Of a stretch of DNA of 64,000 nucleotides, positions 47,916 through 57,435 are shown piece after piece. Each line of letters begins with the position of its first letter. Position 1 is the first letter of the stretch. Both the position numbers and the translations under genes were made by a program. The DNA comes from Thermoplasmata archaeon (lineage in GTDB: Archaea > Thermoplasmatota > E2 > JACPAO01 > JAHFTW01), in contig JAXDQS010000001.1 of the NCBI GenBank assembly GCA_034667725.1, forward strand, positions 64,001 through 128,000, given 5' to 3'. Below the pieces are notes generated by a model. The model saw only the letters and a program-made list of their open reading frames with translations. It did not search any database and was not told the origin of the DNA.

Positions 47916-48269
47916 ATGGACTGGCGTGCGGTCGTGCTGGTGGCGGCGGGCGGGGCGGCCGGGGCCGTGGCGCGCTTCGGCGTCTCGACCCTGCTTGCGA
48001 CCAAGGGCTTCCCGTGGGCGACCCTCGCGGTCAACCTCGCCGGCTGCCTTGCCATCGGAGTGCTGATGCAGCCGGGCCAGCCCGGGCACGCCACCCGGCT
48101 CTGGGCCGTCGTCGGCTTCCTCGGCGCCTTCACGACCCTGAGCACCTACGGCTTCGAGACGTTCGACCTGTGGCGCGCCGGCCACCGCGGGCTCGCCGTC
48201 GGCAACATGCTCGCCAACGGCCTCGGCGGCCCGCTGCTGGCGGCCGTGGGTTGGCGGCTCGCCCGCTAG
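47916..48269 (+). CDS. crcB: Fluoride channel Fluc
   Basis: GGAAGAVARF, FPWATLAVNLAGC, GFLGAFTTLSTY. Confidence 0.92.
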   Translation: MDWRAVVLVAAGGAAGAVARFGVSTLLATKGFPWATLAVNLAGCLAIGVLMQPGQPGHATRLWAVVGFLGAFTTLSTYGFETFDLWRAGHRGLAVGNMLANGLGGPLLAAVGWRLAR

Positions 48270-49741
48270 AACCCGAACAGCCCCTTCTGGCCGACGCCCG
48301 GCTTGGGGCGCGCCGGCTTCTCCTCGGCCGGCGCCTCGCCGTCCTCCGCCGGCCGCGGCTTCGCGCGCGGCTTCGGCTTGGCGGCCTCGTCGTCCGGCTT
48401 GGGCGGGTTGAGCCGTGCCTCGACGTCGGCGCGGATGCGCTTGATCGCGGCACCGGTGGCGTCCGGCCCCAGCAGGACGGCGACCTCGTCGTCGCTCATC
48501 TCCAGCTCCATCGTGGTCTGCACGGCGAAGGCGTGGTCGAGGCGGAACAGCTGCGCCACCGTCTCCACCATCTCCATGCGGGCCTTGCGGCGGCTGGTGT
48601 GGGTGTGGCGCCCGAGGTGCTCCGCAAGCTGGTCCTTGATCTGCCGACTGCCCTTGGTGCGGCTCATCTTGCTGAGCCACTGGGGGAACCCGAACGGCAC
48701 GAACTCCTTGTACTCGTGGCGGCGCGCAGTCATGACGCCCAAGGTCGAAAGCTCCCCCGCGTAGGCCCACAAGCCGTAGTCCTGCGTCGACTTGGTGCGG
48801 CCAAGGAACACGTCGGCGCGGGCCAGCATCTCGTAGCCGGCCACCAGGTCGCGCGGGTCGCGGTACTCCTTCGGCAGGTTCTCGTCCACCCACAGCACGA
48901 GGTCCTCCGGCGTTGCGTCCACCGAGTAGATCTCCGACTTGACGTCCGCGACGGCGCGGCCCTTCAGCACGTGGCGCATCAGGTCAAACAGCGAGGTCTC
49001 GGTGTCGCGGCGGCCTAGGCTCTGCGCCTCCAGCATCGTGACCCGGGTGCGCCCCAGCGAGATCGACTCCAGGTCGCGCACGGCGGCGCGCAGGTCGCCC
49101 TCGGCCCGCACCGCGATGTGCTCCAACACCTCGCGGTCCACCTGAAGGCCCTCCAGCGTCGCGATGCGGGCCAGCGCCGTCGGGATGCTGCGGACGTTGA
49201 CCTTCGCGAACTTCAGCACCTCGGTGAGCCCGCGCAGCGCCGACCCCGACCCCTTCTCCAACGCGTACAGGTCGTTGACGATGAGGATGATGGGCTGCCG
49301 GGTCTGGCGGATGGTCTCGATGATGGCCGACTTGCCGCCGCGGTCGGAGAAGCTGCTGCCGTCCTCGCCCGAGTCGCTGCCCGCGCGCTCGTAGAGGTTG
49401 TCCGCCTCGTCCAACACGATGAGCTTGCGGCCGCCCGTGCTGAACGAGCCGTCGGAGCCGAACGTCTGGTGGACCGCGCCCGCCGTCGCGATGCGCTGGA
49501 TCGTGCCCGCGTTGCGCGCGTCCGAGGCGTTGAGCTCGATGACGCTCCAGCCCATGTCGTTGGCGAGCGCCAGCGCCGTGCTGGTCTTGCCCGTCCCCGG
49601 GCTGCCGGCGAGCACGATGGCGCGCTTGTCCGGGATGCCCGTGGCCCACGCCTCGGCCCACGCGCGCAGGCGGGCCACCGTGGGGCCGTTGCCGACCACC
49701 TCCTTCAGGGAGCGCGGCCGGTGCTTCTCCGTCCAGTCCAA
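48266..49741 (-). CDS. rfcL: Replication factor C large subunit
   Basis: WTEKHRP, GSPGTGKT, ELNASDAR, LDEADNL, C-terminal PIP QKGLFGF. Confidence 0.95.
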   Translation of the reverse strand: MDWTEKHRPRSLKEVVGNGPTVARLRAWAEAWATGIPDKRAIVLAGSPGTGKTSTALALANDMGWSVIELNASDARNAGTIQRIATAGAVHQTFGSDGSFSTGGRKLIVLDEADNLYERAGSDSGEDGSSFSDRGGKSAIIETIRQTRQPIILIVNDLYALEKGSGSALRGLTEVLKFAKVNVRSIPTALARIATLEGLQVDREVLEHIAVRAEGDLRAAVRDLESISLGRTRVTMLEAQSLGRRDTETSLFDLMRHVLKGRAVADVKSEIYSVDATPEDLVLWVDENLPKEYRDPRDLVAGYEMLARADVFLGRTKSTQDYGLWAYAGELSTLGVMTARRHEYKEFVPFGFPQWLSKMSRTKGSRQIKDQLAEHLGRHTHTSRRKARMEMVETVAQLFRLDHAFAVQTTMELEMSDDEVAVLLGPDATGAAIKRIRADVEARLNPPKPDDEAAKPKPRAKPRPAEDGEAPAEEKPARPKPGVGQKGLFGF

Positions 49742-49774
49742 CAGGACGCGGGAGGCCGGCCCCGCTCAAAGAGG

Positions 49775-50245
49775 CTACCCGACCAAGGCGTCCAGGCAGG
49801 ACTCGCTGCGCGGCGACCCCTCGAGGAACTGCTCGCGGATGACCTGGAGGCTGCGGCGCTGCCCCGGCCACGGGAACCGGCGCGCCGCCTCGTCGTGGCC
49901 CACCCACTCGAAGTCGGTGTGCTCGTCCGACAGCAGCACCTCGGCCTCCGGATGGACCTCGGCGGCGAACACCGGCGTCAGCATGATCTGGTCGGTGGCG
50001 GCCAGGTAGAACCGGTTGACGTAGCTCGCCTGGTAGAAGTGGAGCGGATGCAGGCCCGTCTCCTCCTTGAGCTCCCGCAACGCCGCCGCGTACGCCTTCT
50101 CGCCCGGCTCGATGCAGCCCGACACCATCTGCCAGGTCCCGCCCAGCCGGATGTTCGGCGCCCGCTTGAGCATCAGCCACTCCTCCCGCCCCGCCCGCCG
50201 CCGGAAGATGTGGCAGTCGACGAAGTGGGAGACGATGTCGGGCAA
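49775..50245 (-). CDS. NUDIX hydrolase (NudB-like)
   Basis: WQMVSGCIEPGE..AALRELKEETG; LSDEH. Confidence 0.9.
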   Translation of the reverse strand: MPDIVSHFVDCHIFRRRAGREEWLMLKRAPNIRLGGTWQMVSGCIEPGEKAYAAALRELKEETGLHPLHFYQASYVNRFYLAATDQIMLTPVFAAEVHPEAEVLLSDEHTDFEWVGHDEAARRFPWPGQRRSLQVIREQFLEGSPRSESCLDALVG

Positions 50246-50273
50246 CGCGAGCCGATGCCGCTCCTGGGCTTGG

Positions 50274-51317
50274 CTATTTCGCCCGCAGCATCTTCCCCAA
50301 CCTGGCCACCGCCTCCTCGCAATCCGCCCGCGTCACGTCGCGGTGGGTCACGAAGCGCACTGTCGGCCCTGCGTCGCGGAAGTTGCCGAGGACGCCGAGC
50401 TTCTTGGCGGCGGCCATGAACGCGGCGGAGCCCATGCCGGTGGCGGACACGTCGGCCATGACCATGTTGGTCTCGACGGCGTCCAGGTCCACCTTCAGCC
50501 CGGGCAGCCCAGCCAATCCCTCGGCAAGCAGGCGGGCGTTGGCGTGGTCCTCCTGGAGCCGTTCGATGCCGGTGTCGAGGGCGACGAGGCCGGCGGCGGC
50601 GAGGTGGCCGGCCTGGCGCATGCCGCCGCCGAGCACTTTGCGCACGAAGCGGGCCTCGTCGATGAACGCCTTGTTGCCGCACACTAGGCTGCCGACGGGG
50701 GCGCTGAGCCCCTTGCTGAGGCAGAACATGACGGAGTCGGCGCCTTTGCAGAGCGCCGCGGCAGTGGTGTTGCTTGCGGCGGCGGCGTTGAACACGCGGG
50801 CGCCGTCGACGTGCAGCTTGGCACCATGGGCGTGGGCTGCGTCCGCGATGGCCTTGGTCTGCTTGGAGGTCCAAGTGCGGCCGCCGGAGTAGTTGTGGGT
50901 GTTCTCGACGGCGACCAGGCGGACTTGGGAGAAGTGGGGGTCGCGGGGCAGGAAGAAGCGCTCGATGTCCTCGGGCGCGAACGTGCCGCGCTCGCCGCGC
51001 ACGGTCTTGACGGCGACGTTGGAGAGCAGGCTGGCGGCGCCGCCTTCGTAGAGGCTGATGTGGCTGTTCTCCTCGCACACGATGGCGCCTTGGCGTTGGG
51101 AGTGGACCCAGACGGCGACCTGGTTGCCCATCGTGCCGGTGGGGACGAACAGGGCGGCCTCCATGCCGACGAGCTTGGCGGCCTTGGCCTCCAGCTTCTT
51201 GACGGTGGGGTCTTCGCCGTAGACGTCGTCGCCGACCTCGGCGGCCGCCATCGCCTTGCGCATGGCGTCGGTGGGCTGGGTGATGGTGTCGCTGCGGAAG
51301 TCCAGGGGTCGCGCCAT
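50274..51317 (-). CDS. ltaE: Low-specificity L-threonine aldolase
   Basis: DFRSDT, GDDVYGEDP, PTGTMGNQ, HVDGARVFN, CLSKGLSAPVGS. Confidence 0.95.
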   Translation of the reverse strand: MARPLDFRSDTITQPTDAMRKAMAAAEVGDDVYGEDPTVKKLEAKAAKLVGMEAALFVPTGTMGNQVAVWVHSQRQGAIVCEENSHISLYEGGAASLLSNVAVKTVRGERGTFAPEDIERFFLPRDPHFSQVRLVAVENTHNYSGGRTWTSKQTKAIADAAHAHGAKLHVDGARVFNAAAASNTTAAALCKGADSVMFCLSKGLSAPVGSLVCGNKAFIDEARFVRKVLGGGMRQAGHLAAAGLVALDTGIERLQEDHANARLLAEGLAGLPGLKVDLDAVETNMVMADVSATGMGSAAFMAAAKKLGVLGNFRDAGPTVRFVTHRDVTRADCEEAVARLGKMLRAK

Positions 51318-51321
51318 GGGT

Positions 51322-51600
51322 TCACTCCTGGTCCGGTTGGTCGGGGCGGTTCCAGTCGGGCTCGCGCGGCTTGCGCGGGTCGGGGCCGTCGAGCTCCGGG
51401 TCGTAGGCCCACGGGTCGCCTCGGGCCTTGCGCAGCCGTGCGCTCCAGAACAGCGCCAGCGGCGCGCCGGCCAGGACCATGGCGACGCCGCCGAAGGCCA
51501 GGCTGGTGTTCCAGGAGCCCAGGAAGATCATGCCCAGCCCGCCGGCGACGGCCCCGAGGGCGGCGTCGCGGCGGCGCTGGAGGCGTGCGGTCTCGTCCAC
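51322..51600 (-). CDS. Small two-TM membrane protein
   Basis: Two hydrophobic segments; directly upstream of ltaE. Confidence 0.6.
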   Translation of the reverse strand: MDETARLQRRRDAALGAVAGGLGMIFLGSWNTSLAFGGVAMVLAGAPLALFWSARLRKARGDPWAYDPELDGPDPRKPREPDWNRPDQPDQE

Positions 51601-51644
51601 GCCGTGGGGACGCCGCCGCGCCTTTTTCGCCTTTCAGACGTCGC

Positions 51645-51782
51645 TCAGACTTCGGACAGCACCGGCTCGGGGTCGGCGTGGTGGTTGCCGTCCGCGAGGC
51701 GGCCGACCCAACGGTCGAGGTCCTCGTCGACGTGCAGGCGCATCCAGTCTTCCTTGTTGTGGGCGTGCAGGTTGGGCTGCAT
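51645..51782 (-). CDS. Small hypothetical protein (45 aa)
   Basis: MQPNLHAHNKEDWMRLHVDEDLDRW...; GC3-rich codons. Confidence 0.4.
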   Translation of the reverse strand: MQPNLHAHNKEDWMRLHVDEDLDRWVGRLADGNHHADPEPVLSEV

Positions 51783-51835
51783 CGGCCCAGGGTTGCGCTG
51801 GGCGCCTTGACCCCCCTTTCGGCCAAAGCTTAACA

Positions 51836-52146
51836 TCAGGGCGGAAGCGGCTGGGAGGGGTCGAGGCCCTCCAGGATGACGAGGCGGCTGCGGGCGGAGC
51901 GCATCCGGATGGGCAGCACGGCCTGGTAGGCGGGGGAGCCGTACCATGCTTGGCGGCGGCGACGGACGGGAACTCCAGGAGGACGGTGCGGTGCAGGCCC
52001 CAGTCGCCCTCCAGGGTCTCGGCGCGGCCGCCGCGCACGACGTAGCGGCCGCCGGCGGCCATCACGGTGGGGGCGGCGCGGGCGCGGTACTCCTTGTACT
52101 CGTCCGGGTCGGTCACGTCCACGTCGACGAGCACGTAGGCGGGCAC
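51836..52146 (-). pseudogene. DUF1330 family gene with single-base frameshift
   Basis: MPAYVLVDV..GGRYVVRGG..LEGDW..LLEFPS in one frame and WYGSPAYQ..R..ILEG in another; break near 51948. Confidence 0.8.
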
Positions 52147-52167
52147 GCGAGGCGACTGGCGGGGAGG

Positions 52168-52225
52168 AAAAAAGCCCAGGGGGCCGCGGGCGGAAGACGC
52201 AGCGGGAGAAAGCCCGCCCGCGGCC
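52168..52225 (-). terminator. 12-bp GC stem followed by T6 tract
   Basis: GGCCGCGGGCGG (52182-52193) pairs with CCGCCCGCGGCC (52214-52225); A6 at 52168-52173. Confidence 0.6.
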
Positions 52226-52393
52226 GATCATTGGGAGGTTGGGGTCAGAGGTCCCAGACGAGGGCGGCGGGGCTGTCCAGGTCGGGGGTGATGACGTCGA
52301 TGCCAGAGGGGCCTGCGTCCATGCCTCTAGGTCAGCCTTGGCGGCATGAACCCCTTCTGGAACAGAGGTCGAACGGTTGCCGCGACCGAAACC

Positions 52394-52750
52394 TTAGCGC
52401 GGCCGGCCCAGCCACAGCAGCGCCAGCGTCCCGGCGCTGCCGCCGACCCCGACCGGTCCTGCGACGTGGACGAGGATGGAGGTCCAGACCAACGTGAAGC
52501 CCGCCAGCGCCAGGGCGAGCCGGTGGTGCGTGGCGCGCGTGCCGTCCTGCCGGAGGCGCCAGCCGCACCAGGCCAGCGCCGCGCCGACCGTGAGCATCAC
52601 CCACCCGAGCGCCAACATGACGGCCCAGCGGTGGTCGAGCCCGCCGCGCTCCCGGAACGCGGTGGCGGTGGCAGCACCCGTGTGCAGCACGGCCACGACG
52701 ACGCCGGCCGCGCCCCAGACGAGCGCGGCGTAGGCGGCGGCGCGCCTCAT
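52394..52750 (-). CDS. Small multi-TM membrane protein
   Basis: Three to four hydrophobic segments; overlaps the upstream stop. Confidence 0.6.
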   Translation of the reverse strand: MRRAAAYAALVWGAAGVVVAVLHTGAATATAFRERGGLDHRWAVMLALGWVMLTVGAALAWCGWRLRQDGTRATHHRLALALAGFTLVWTSILVHVAGPVGVGGSAGTLALLWLGRPR

Positions 52751-54780
52751 GCGAAGCGGCGGCGGATGGACACGACCGCGACCGTGAGGACCGCGGCGAC
52801 CACGACGACGCCGACGCCGCCCAGGATCCAGCCGTAGGTCCAGTCGGTCGCCTTGTGCTCGACCTTGAGGTCGCCGGCGGGCCCGGCCGAAGGCGCCAGC
52901 GCGTAGCTGCTGGTGTGGCTGACCTTGACCCAGGCGATGCCGCGGCCCAGGTCGCGGCCGGCCTCCAGCACGCGCAGCTCGCCCTCGGGCGTCGTGGCGG
53001 GCACGATGCCGTCCTCGTCGGCCGCGAGGTCCACCCAGGCCTCGCCGTCCCAGAAGTGGATGCCCATGGTGGCCGCGGCGTCGGCGGGCAGGCCCTCCAG
53101 GCCCATCTCGATGGTGACGGCCTCCGGCACGGCGCTGGTGGCGTCGGGCTCGACGTGCAGGTACTTGGTGGCGTCCTCGAGCGGCAGGACCGGCACGGGC
53201 AACGCGGACGGGTCGAGGGCGACGGTGGCCTCGGCGACGATGGTGGCCGCGGCCTCGACGTGGTAGCGCAGCACGACCTTCTCGGGCAGGCTGACCCGGA
53301 GCGGCCGCAGCGGGGTGGCGCGGCCGTCGATCGGGGTCGGCAAGGGCAACGCTTCGACCGCGCACGGCAGGTCGAGGGTGACGGGATGGGTGCGGGCGTG
53401 GGTGTGGTTCCAGTCGGCGTCGGCCACGGCCTCCTCCGCCAAGCCGCAGGGGCCGGGAACGGCCGCGACGGGCGCGATGGAGCAGGCGGGCGGCGTGGAG
53501 GCCCCCGTGGTCGTCGTCATGGTCCGGGTCGTCGTCCACCCGCTCGTGGTCGGCGTGGAGGCCATGGTGGGGGACGGCCCCGGCGCGTCGCACGTCGTGG
53601 GCATGCGCGCGTCCAGGTCCCAGATGTAGATGGGCAGCCGCTCGTCGGAGGTCGCGCCGGCCGCCACCAGCGTGCCGCTGCCGCGCGCGACCTGGAACGA
53701 CAGCAAGCCGTTGGCAGGGTCCAGGATCGAGAGGTCCCACTTGCGGAACCCCTCCGGCGGCGACTCCACGTGCAGCCAGCCGGGAGCGACGGCCACGGCC
53801 AAGCTGGACCCGTCGGCGTCGGCGGCGACCGACGTGATGGCGCCGGCCTCGGCGCGCGCCACGGTGCCCTCCAGCGTCCAGGCGCCCTTGCCGTCCAGGA
53901 CGTAGTGGTAGGTCATGGGCGACTCGTCCTCGCCGCTGCCGCCCACGACGAGATGGCGGCTGGAGGCGTCCAACGGCCAGGCGAACGACCGGGCGCCGGG
54001 GGGCGGCAGGAAGTGCTGCAGCGGCTCGCCGGCGCGCGGGTCGAAGGCCTGGATGCCGGTCGCCACGCTCACGTGCGCGAACAGCGTGTCCTCGTTCGCG
54101 GCCAGCGCGGTGCCGAAGGCGGGCGCGTCGGCCGGGGCCATGAAGCTGCGGGCCCAGGCCCAGCCGGCCGGGCCCTCCTCGAAGACGTGGACGGCGCCTT
54201 CCATCGCCTCGGGCTCCGCGACCGCGGCCCAGCCGTCGCCCAGCGCCACGGCCCAGCCGTAGCTGGACGAGTGGCTGGGCACCGCCAGGCTGGCCACGTG
54301 GTCGAGGGTGCCGGCGCGCAGGTCGTAGAGGTCGGCGCGGCCGGGGGTGCCGGGGCCCGAGAACCCCACCAGGAGCCGGCCATCGCGCAGGTCCACGGCG
54401 GCCATGTCGCCCACGTAGGTCGCGTTGTGGGGGATGTCCACGGCGTCCGCCAGCCGCCAGGCGGAGGTGCGGACGTAGAGCTCCACCCGCAGCGGCGCCG
54501 AGCTGTTGGTGGCGTAGGCCACGACGACGATGGCGCCGTCGGCGGCCACTTGGGCCACGCGGCCGCCTGCCTTGGACAGCGCAGGGCTCAGGAAAGCGGC
54601 AGCCGGCTCCGGCGGGGCGTAGGGGTCGGCCGTGAAAGGCGGCGCCCGCGTGGTGGTAGTGGGGGTGGGAGTGGCCGTGGAGGTGTGCGAGGGCGAGCTG
54701 CTGGTGGTCGCCAGCACCGAGCCGGCGAAGGCAAGCAGGAGGGCGGCGGCGAGGACCGCGACCGGGCGGAGGGCAACCAT
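52747..54780 (-). CDS. Surface protein with FG-GAP-like propeller and C-terminal TM anchor
   Basis: Signal peptide, YGWAVAL/FGTALA/GAVHVF repeats, Thr-rich linkers, WVKVSHTSSYAL, TM-RRR. Confidence 0.75.
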   Translation of the reverse strand: MVALRPVAVLAAALLLAFAGSVLATTSSSPSHTSTATPTPTTTTRAPPFTADPYAPPEPAAAFLSPALSKAGGRVAQVAADGAIVVVAYATNSSAPLRVELYVRTSAWRLADAVDIPHNATYVGDMAAVDLRDGRLLVGFSGPGTPGRADLYDLRAGTLDHVASLAVPSHSSSYGWAVALGDGWAAVAEPEAMEGAVHVFEEGPAGWAWARSFMAPADAPAFGTALAANEDTLFAHVSVATGIQAFDPRAGEPLQHFLPPPGARSFAWPLDASSRHLVVGGSGEDESPMTYHYVLDGKGAWTLEGTVARAEAGAITSVAADADGSSLAVAVAPGWLHVESPPEGFRKWDLSILDPANGLLSFQVARGSGTLVAAGATSDERLPIYIWDLDARMPTTCDAPGPSPTMASTPTTSGWTTTRTMTTTTGASTPPACSIAPVAAVPGPCGLAEEAVADADWNHTHARTHPVTLDLPCAVEALPLPTPIDGRATPLRPLRVSLPEKVVLRYHVEAAATIVAEATVALDPSALPVPVLPLEDATKYLHVEPDATSAVPEAVTIEMGLEGLPADAAATMGIHFWDGEAWVDLAADEDGIVPATTPEGELRVLEAGRDLGRGIAWVKVSHTSSYALAPSAGPAGDLKVEHKATDWTYGWILGGVGVVVVAAVLTVAVVSIRRRFA

Positions 54781-54869
54781 GCGCCGGGCACCACGCCCCC
54801 GGCTACATCACGCTTTGCAGGCTGTCGGGTGGCCACCGAACCTTAATCCACGCCGGCGATGGCTTGGCC

Positions 54870-55406
54870 GTGGCGCGCGAGCTTGCGACCTTGGCCGGCG
54901 GCTGCTTCTGGTGCATCGAGGCGGCGTTCCACCAGATGGAGGGCGTCGAGTCGGCCATCTCGGGCTACATGGGCGGCCACGTCGCCAAGCCAACCTACGA
55001 GCAGGTGTGCGGCGGGGACACAGGCCACGCCGAGGTGGTGCAGGTCGCCTTCGACAACGAGGCGCTCGACTACCGCACCGTGCTGGAGGCGTTCTTCTCG
55101 CTGCACGACCCCACGACCCTGAACCGGCAGGGCGCCGACGTGGGCACGCAGTACCGCAGCGCCGTGTTCACGCACAGCCCCGAGCAGGAGCGGACGGCGC
55201 GCGCCCTCGTGGCCGAGCTGGAGAAGGAGAAGGTGTGGGACGACCCCATCGTGACCGAGGTCGTGCCGGCCGCCACGTTCTGGCCCGCCGAGGCGTACCA
55301 CCAGCGCTACTACGAGCGCAACCCCCATGCCGGCTACTGCATGGCCGTCGTGCGCCCCAAGCTGGCCAAGTTCCAGAAGGCCTGGAAGGCCCGGCTCAAA
55401 GCCTGA
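54870..55406 (+). CDS. msrA: Peptide methionine sulfoxide reductase A
   Basis: AGGCFWCIE, GHAEVVQ, RQGADVGTQYRS, AEAYHQRY. Confidence 0.96.
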   Translation: MARELATLAGGCFWCIEAAFHQMEGVESAISGYMGGHVAKPTYEQVCGGDTGHAEVVQVAFDNEALDYRTVLEAFFSLHDPTTLNRQGADVGTQYRSAVFTHSPEQERTARALVAELEKEKVWDDPIVTEVVPAATFWPAEAYHQRYYERNPHAGYCMAVVRPKLAKFQKAWKARLKA

Positions 55407-55480
55407 CGCGGCCCGGCCGGGACCCCCCGGGGAACAAAGCGACACCCTCACCCTATAAGCCGGGGCGGGAATGGACGCGC

Positions 55481-56026
55481 ATGCGCCGATCCGCCTTCTG
55501 GGCGTCGCTGGTTGCGCTTGCCCTCACCGCAACCAACGCCGCGGCCGCCCCGCCGCAGGAGCCGCCGAACCACGTCGCCGCCTACCCGCACGACAAGGGC
55601 GTCCTGGTCGACTGGTCCGGCTCCACCGTCCCCGTCATGCCTTGGACGACGATGTACGAGGTCATGCGGCACGACATCTTCCCCTTGGCCAGCACCGGCT
55701 TCCGCGCCGTCGGCAGGGTCACGCCCACGGTCACGAACTTCGTCGACACCACCGTCCCCGACCAGAGCGTGGTGGAGTACTGCGTGCGCGCCGTGACCGT
55801 CGACGGCCCCCAGGCGTGCAGCGAGTCCGCCTACTACGTGGACCCCGCCGACTGCGTCCTGCTCTACGGCGCCTACACGCTCGACCTCGACACGCACTGC
55901 CTCTACACCACGGACCCGCCCCTGCCCATCTTCTACCCGACGTGCGCGCCGGTGGCCGCCCAGGTCACCTCGCAAGGCACGTTCAACGTCCAGCCGCGGA
56001 TGACCTGCATCCAGTTCTGGCCATGA
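55481..56026 (+). CDS. Secreted FN3-like, Cys-containing protein
   Basis: Signal peptide; PPNHVAA..VDW...YEVMR...FVDTTV...YCVRAV. Confidence 0.7.
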   Translation: MRRSAFWASLVALALTATNAAAAPPQEPPNHVAAYPHDKGVLVDWSGSTVPVMPWTTMYEVMRHDIFPLASTGFRAVGRVTPTVTNFVDTTVPDQSVVEYCVRAVTVDGPQACSESAYYVDPADCVLLYGAYTLDLDTHCLYTTDPPLPIFYPTCAPVAAQVTSQGTFNVQPRMTCIQFWP

Positions 56027-57435
56027 GCCCGTGCCCGCGGGCCGTGCCGTTCGCGCTGGCCGCCGCGTTCCTCGCCCTCCCCGTGCTGGTGCCGCCCGCC
56101 AACGCCTTGGGCGGCGAGGCGCAGCGCGCCATGGTCACCGACGCCGACCTGCGGGGCCCGCTCGTGGCCGCCGACCTGCCGCCTGAGCACGCCGACGCCA
56201 AGCTGACGCTGCGGCTTGAGGCGGCGGCCGCCACCTTCCTGGTGCAAGAGTATCGCTGGACGGCCGGCGCCACCAGCGTCCAGTCGCTCGCCACCCATCC
56301 CGACGACCGCGTCGGCCACGTCGAAGGCGTCGTGGCCACGGGCGCGAGCCGCGACGACGTCGCCTTCACCCTGCTGCCCCTCGCCGAGGGCGCCGCCACC
56401 CTCCAGGTCGTGGCGCCCTGCCTCGGCCTGGCGGCCGCCACCAGCGGCACCGCCACGTTCGTGGACCGCACCGGCGGCGGCCCCAGCCCGCCGCCCGCGC
56501 GCCCCGCGCCATTGGCCGGCAGCCTGGCCGCAGGGGCGTGCCAAGGCACCGCCACCGTGCGCGCCACCGGCTCGTTCCAGTTCTCGCTGTGGAGCCTCGA
56601 CGTCGAAGCCAGCGGCGCCGGCGACGCCGGCACCTACCCCTCCGGCCGGGAGCAGGACGCCCGGGCCCCCGGCGCCCCCTGCGTGGCCGGCTGCGACCTC
56701 GTCAAGCGCCAATCCTACGTCACCGTCGAGAACGGCACCCTGGAGATCACGGGCGTCCCGCTCGCCTCCGCGTTGCTGCACGCCACCGCGCTGCGCGGCC
56801 CCGCCACCAAGCTCGTCCTCGACGAGGGCGAGCCCATCGTGCACGCCGGCGGCCTCACGCTCGACCTGCGCGCCGACAGCGGCCGCGTCCGCGCCGTGGC
56901 CGCCCCCGTCCAGCCGCCCGCCAACCCCGACGCCGTCGTCGCCCAAGGCCCGCTCGCCTGGGGCTGGGGCTACGGCCTGCTTGCCGCCCTCGCCCTCCCG
57001 GCCGTCGCCGTCGGCCTCATCGCCGTCCGCGGCCGCCGCGCCGCGCGCCGGCTCGACGACGCCGAGGCGCTGCTGGAGCAAGGCCTGCCCCACGAGGCCG
57101 CGCGGCTGGCCCGCCCACTATTGCGGCGCGCCCGCCAGCGCGACGAGGCCGCCTTCGTCCTCGTGCAGGCGCTGTGCGACGCCGGCGTGCCCGCCGAGGC
57201 GCGCGCGACCGTCGCGCAAGTGTGGCCGGCCGACCGCCCGGTCGCCGCCTACCTGCGCGCCTACATCGAGGCCGCGCAAGGCCGGCAGGACGCCGCCGTC
57301 CGCGAGCTGGCCGACTGCCTCGCCGCCGCGCCCGACTTCCTGCCGGAGGTCCAGGCCCAGCCCTTGTTCCGCCGCGCCCTGCGATCGCCCGCCCTGGCCC
57401 GCTGGCTGGGGCCGCACAGCCCGGGGTACTCGTGA
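56023..57435 (+). CDS. Single-pass membrane protein with extracellular domain and cytoplasmic TPR-like domain
   Basis: Signal peptide, TM WGWGYGLLAALAL...RGRR, AYLRAYIEAAQGRQDAAVRELADCL. Confidence 0.72.
   Translation: MSPCPRAVPFALAAAFLALPVLVPPANALGGEAQRAMVTDADLRGPLVAADLPPEHADAKLTLRLEAAAATFLVQEYRWTAGATSVQSLATHPDDRVGHVEGVVATGASRDDVAFTLLPLAEGAATLQVVAPCLGLAAATSGTATFVDRTGGGPSPPPARPAPLAGSLAAGACQGTATVRATGSFQFSLWSLDVEASGAGDAGTYPSGREQDARAPGAPCVAGCDLVKRQSYVTVENGTLEITGVPLASALLHATALRGPATKLVLDEGEPIVHAGGLTLDLRADSGRVRAVAAPVQPPANPDAVVAQGPLAWGWGYGLLAALALPAVAVGLIAVRGRRAARRLDDAEALLEQGLPHEAARLARPLLRRARQRDEAAFVLVQALCDAGVPAEARATVAQVWPADRPVAAYLRAYIEAAQGRQDAAVRELADCLAAAPDFLPEVQAQPLFRRALRSPALARWLGPHSPGYS

Noticed and set aside
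47880-47916. Fluoride riboswitch upstream of crcB
   Set aside because: Only 8 bp separate crcB from the ALDH stop, and no motif is present
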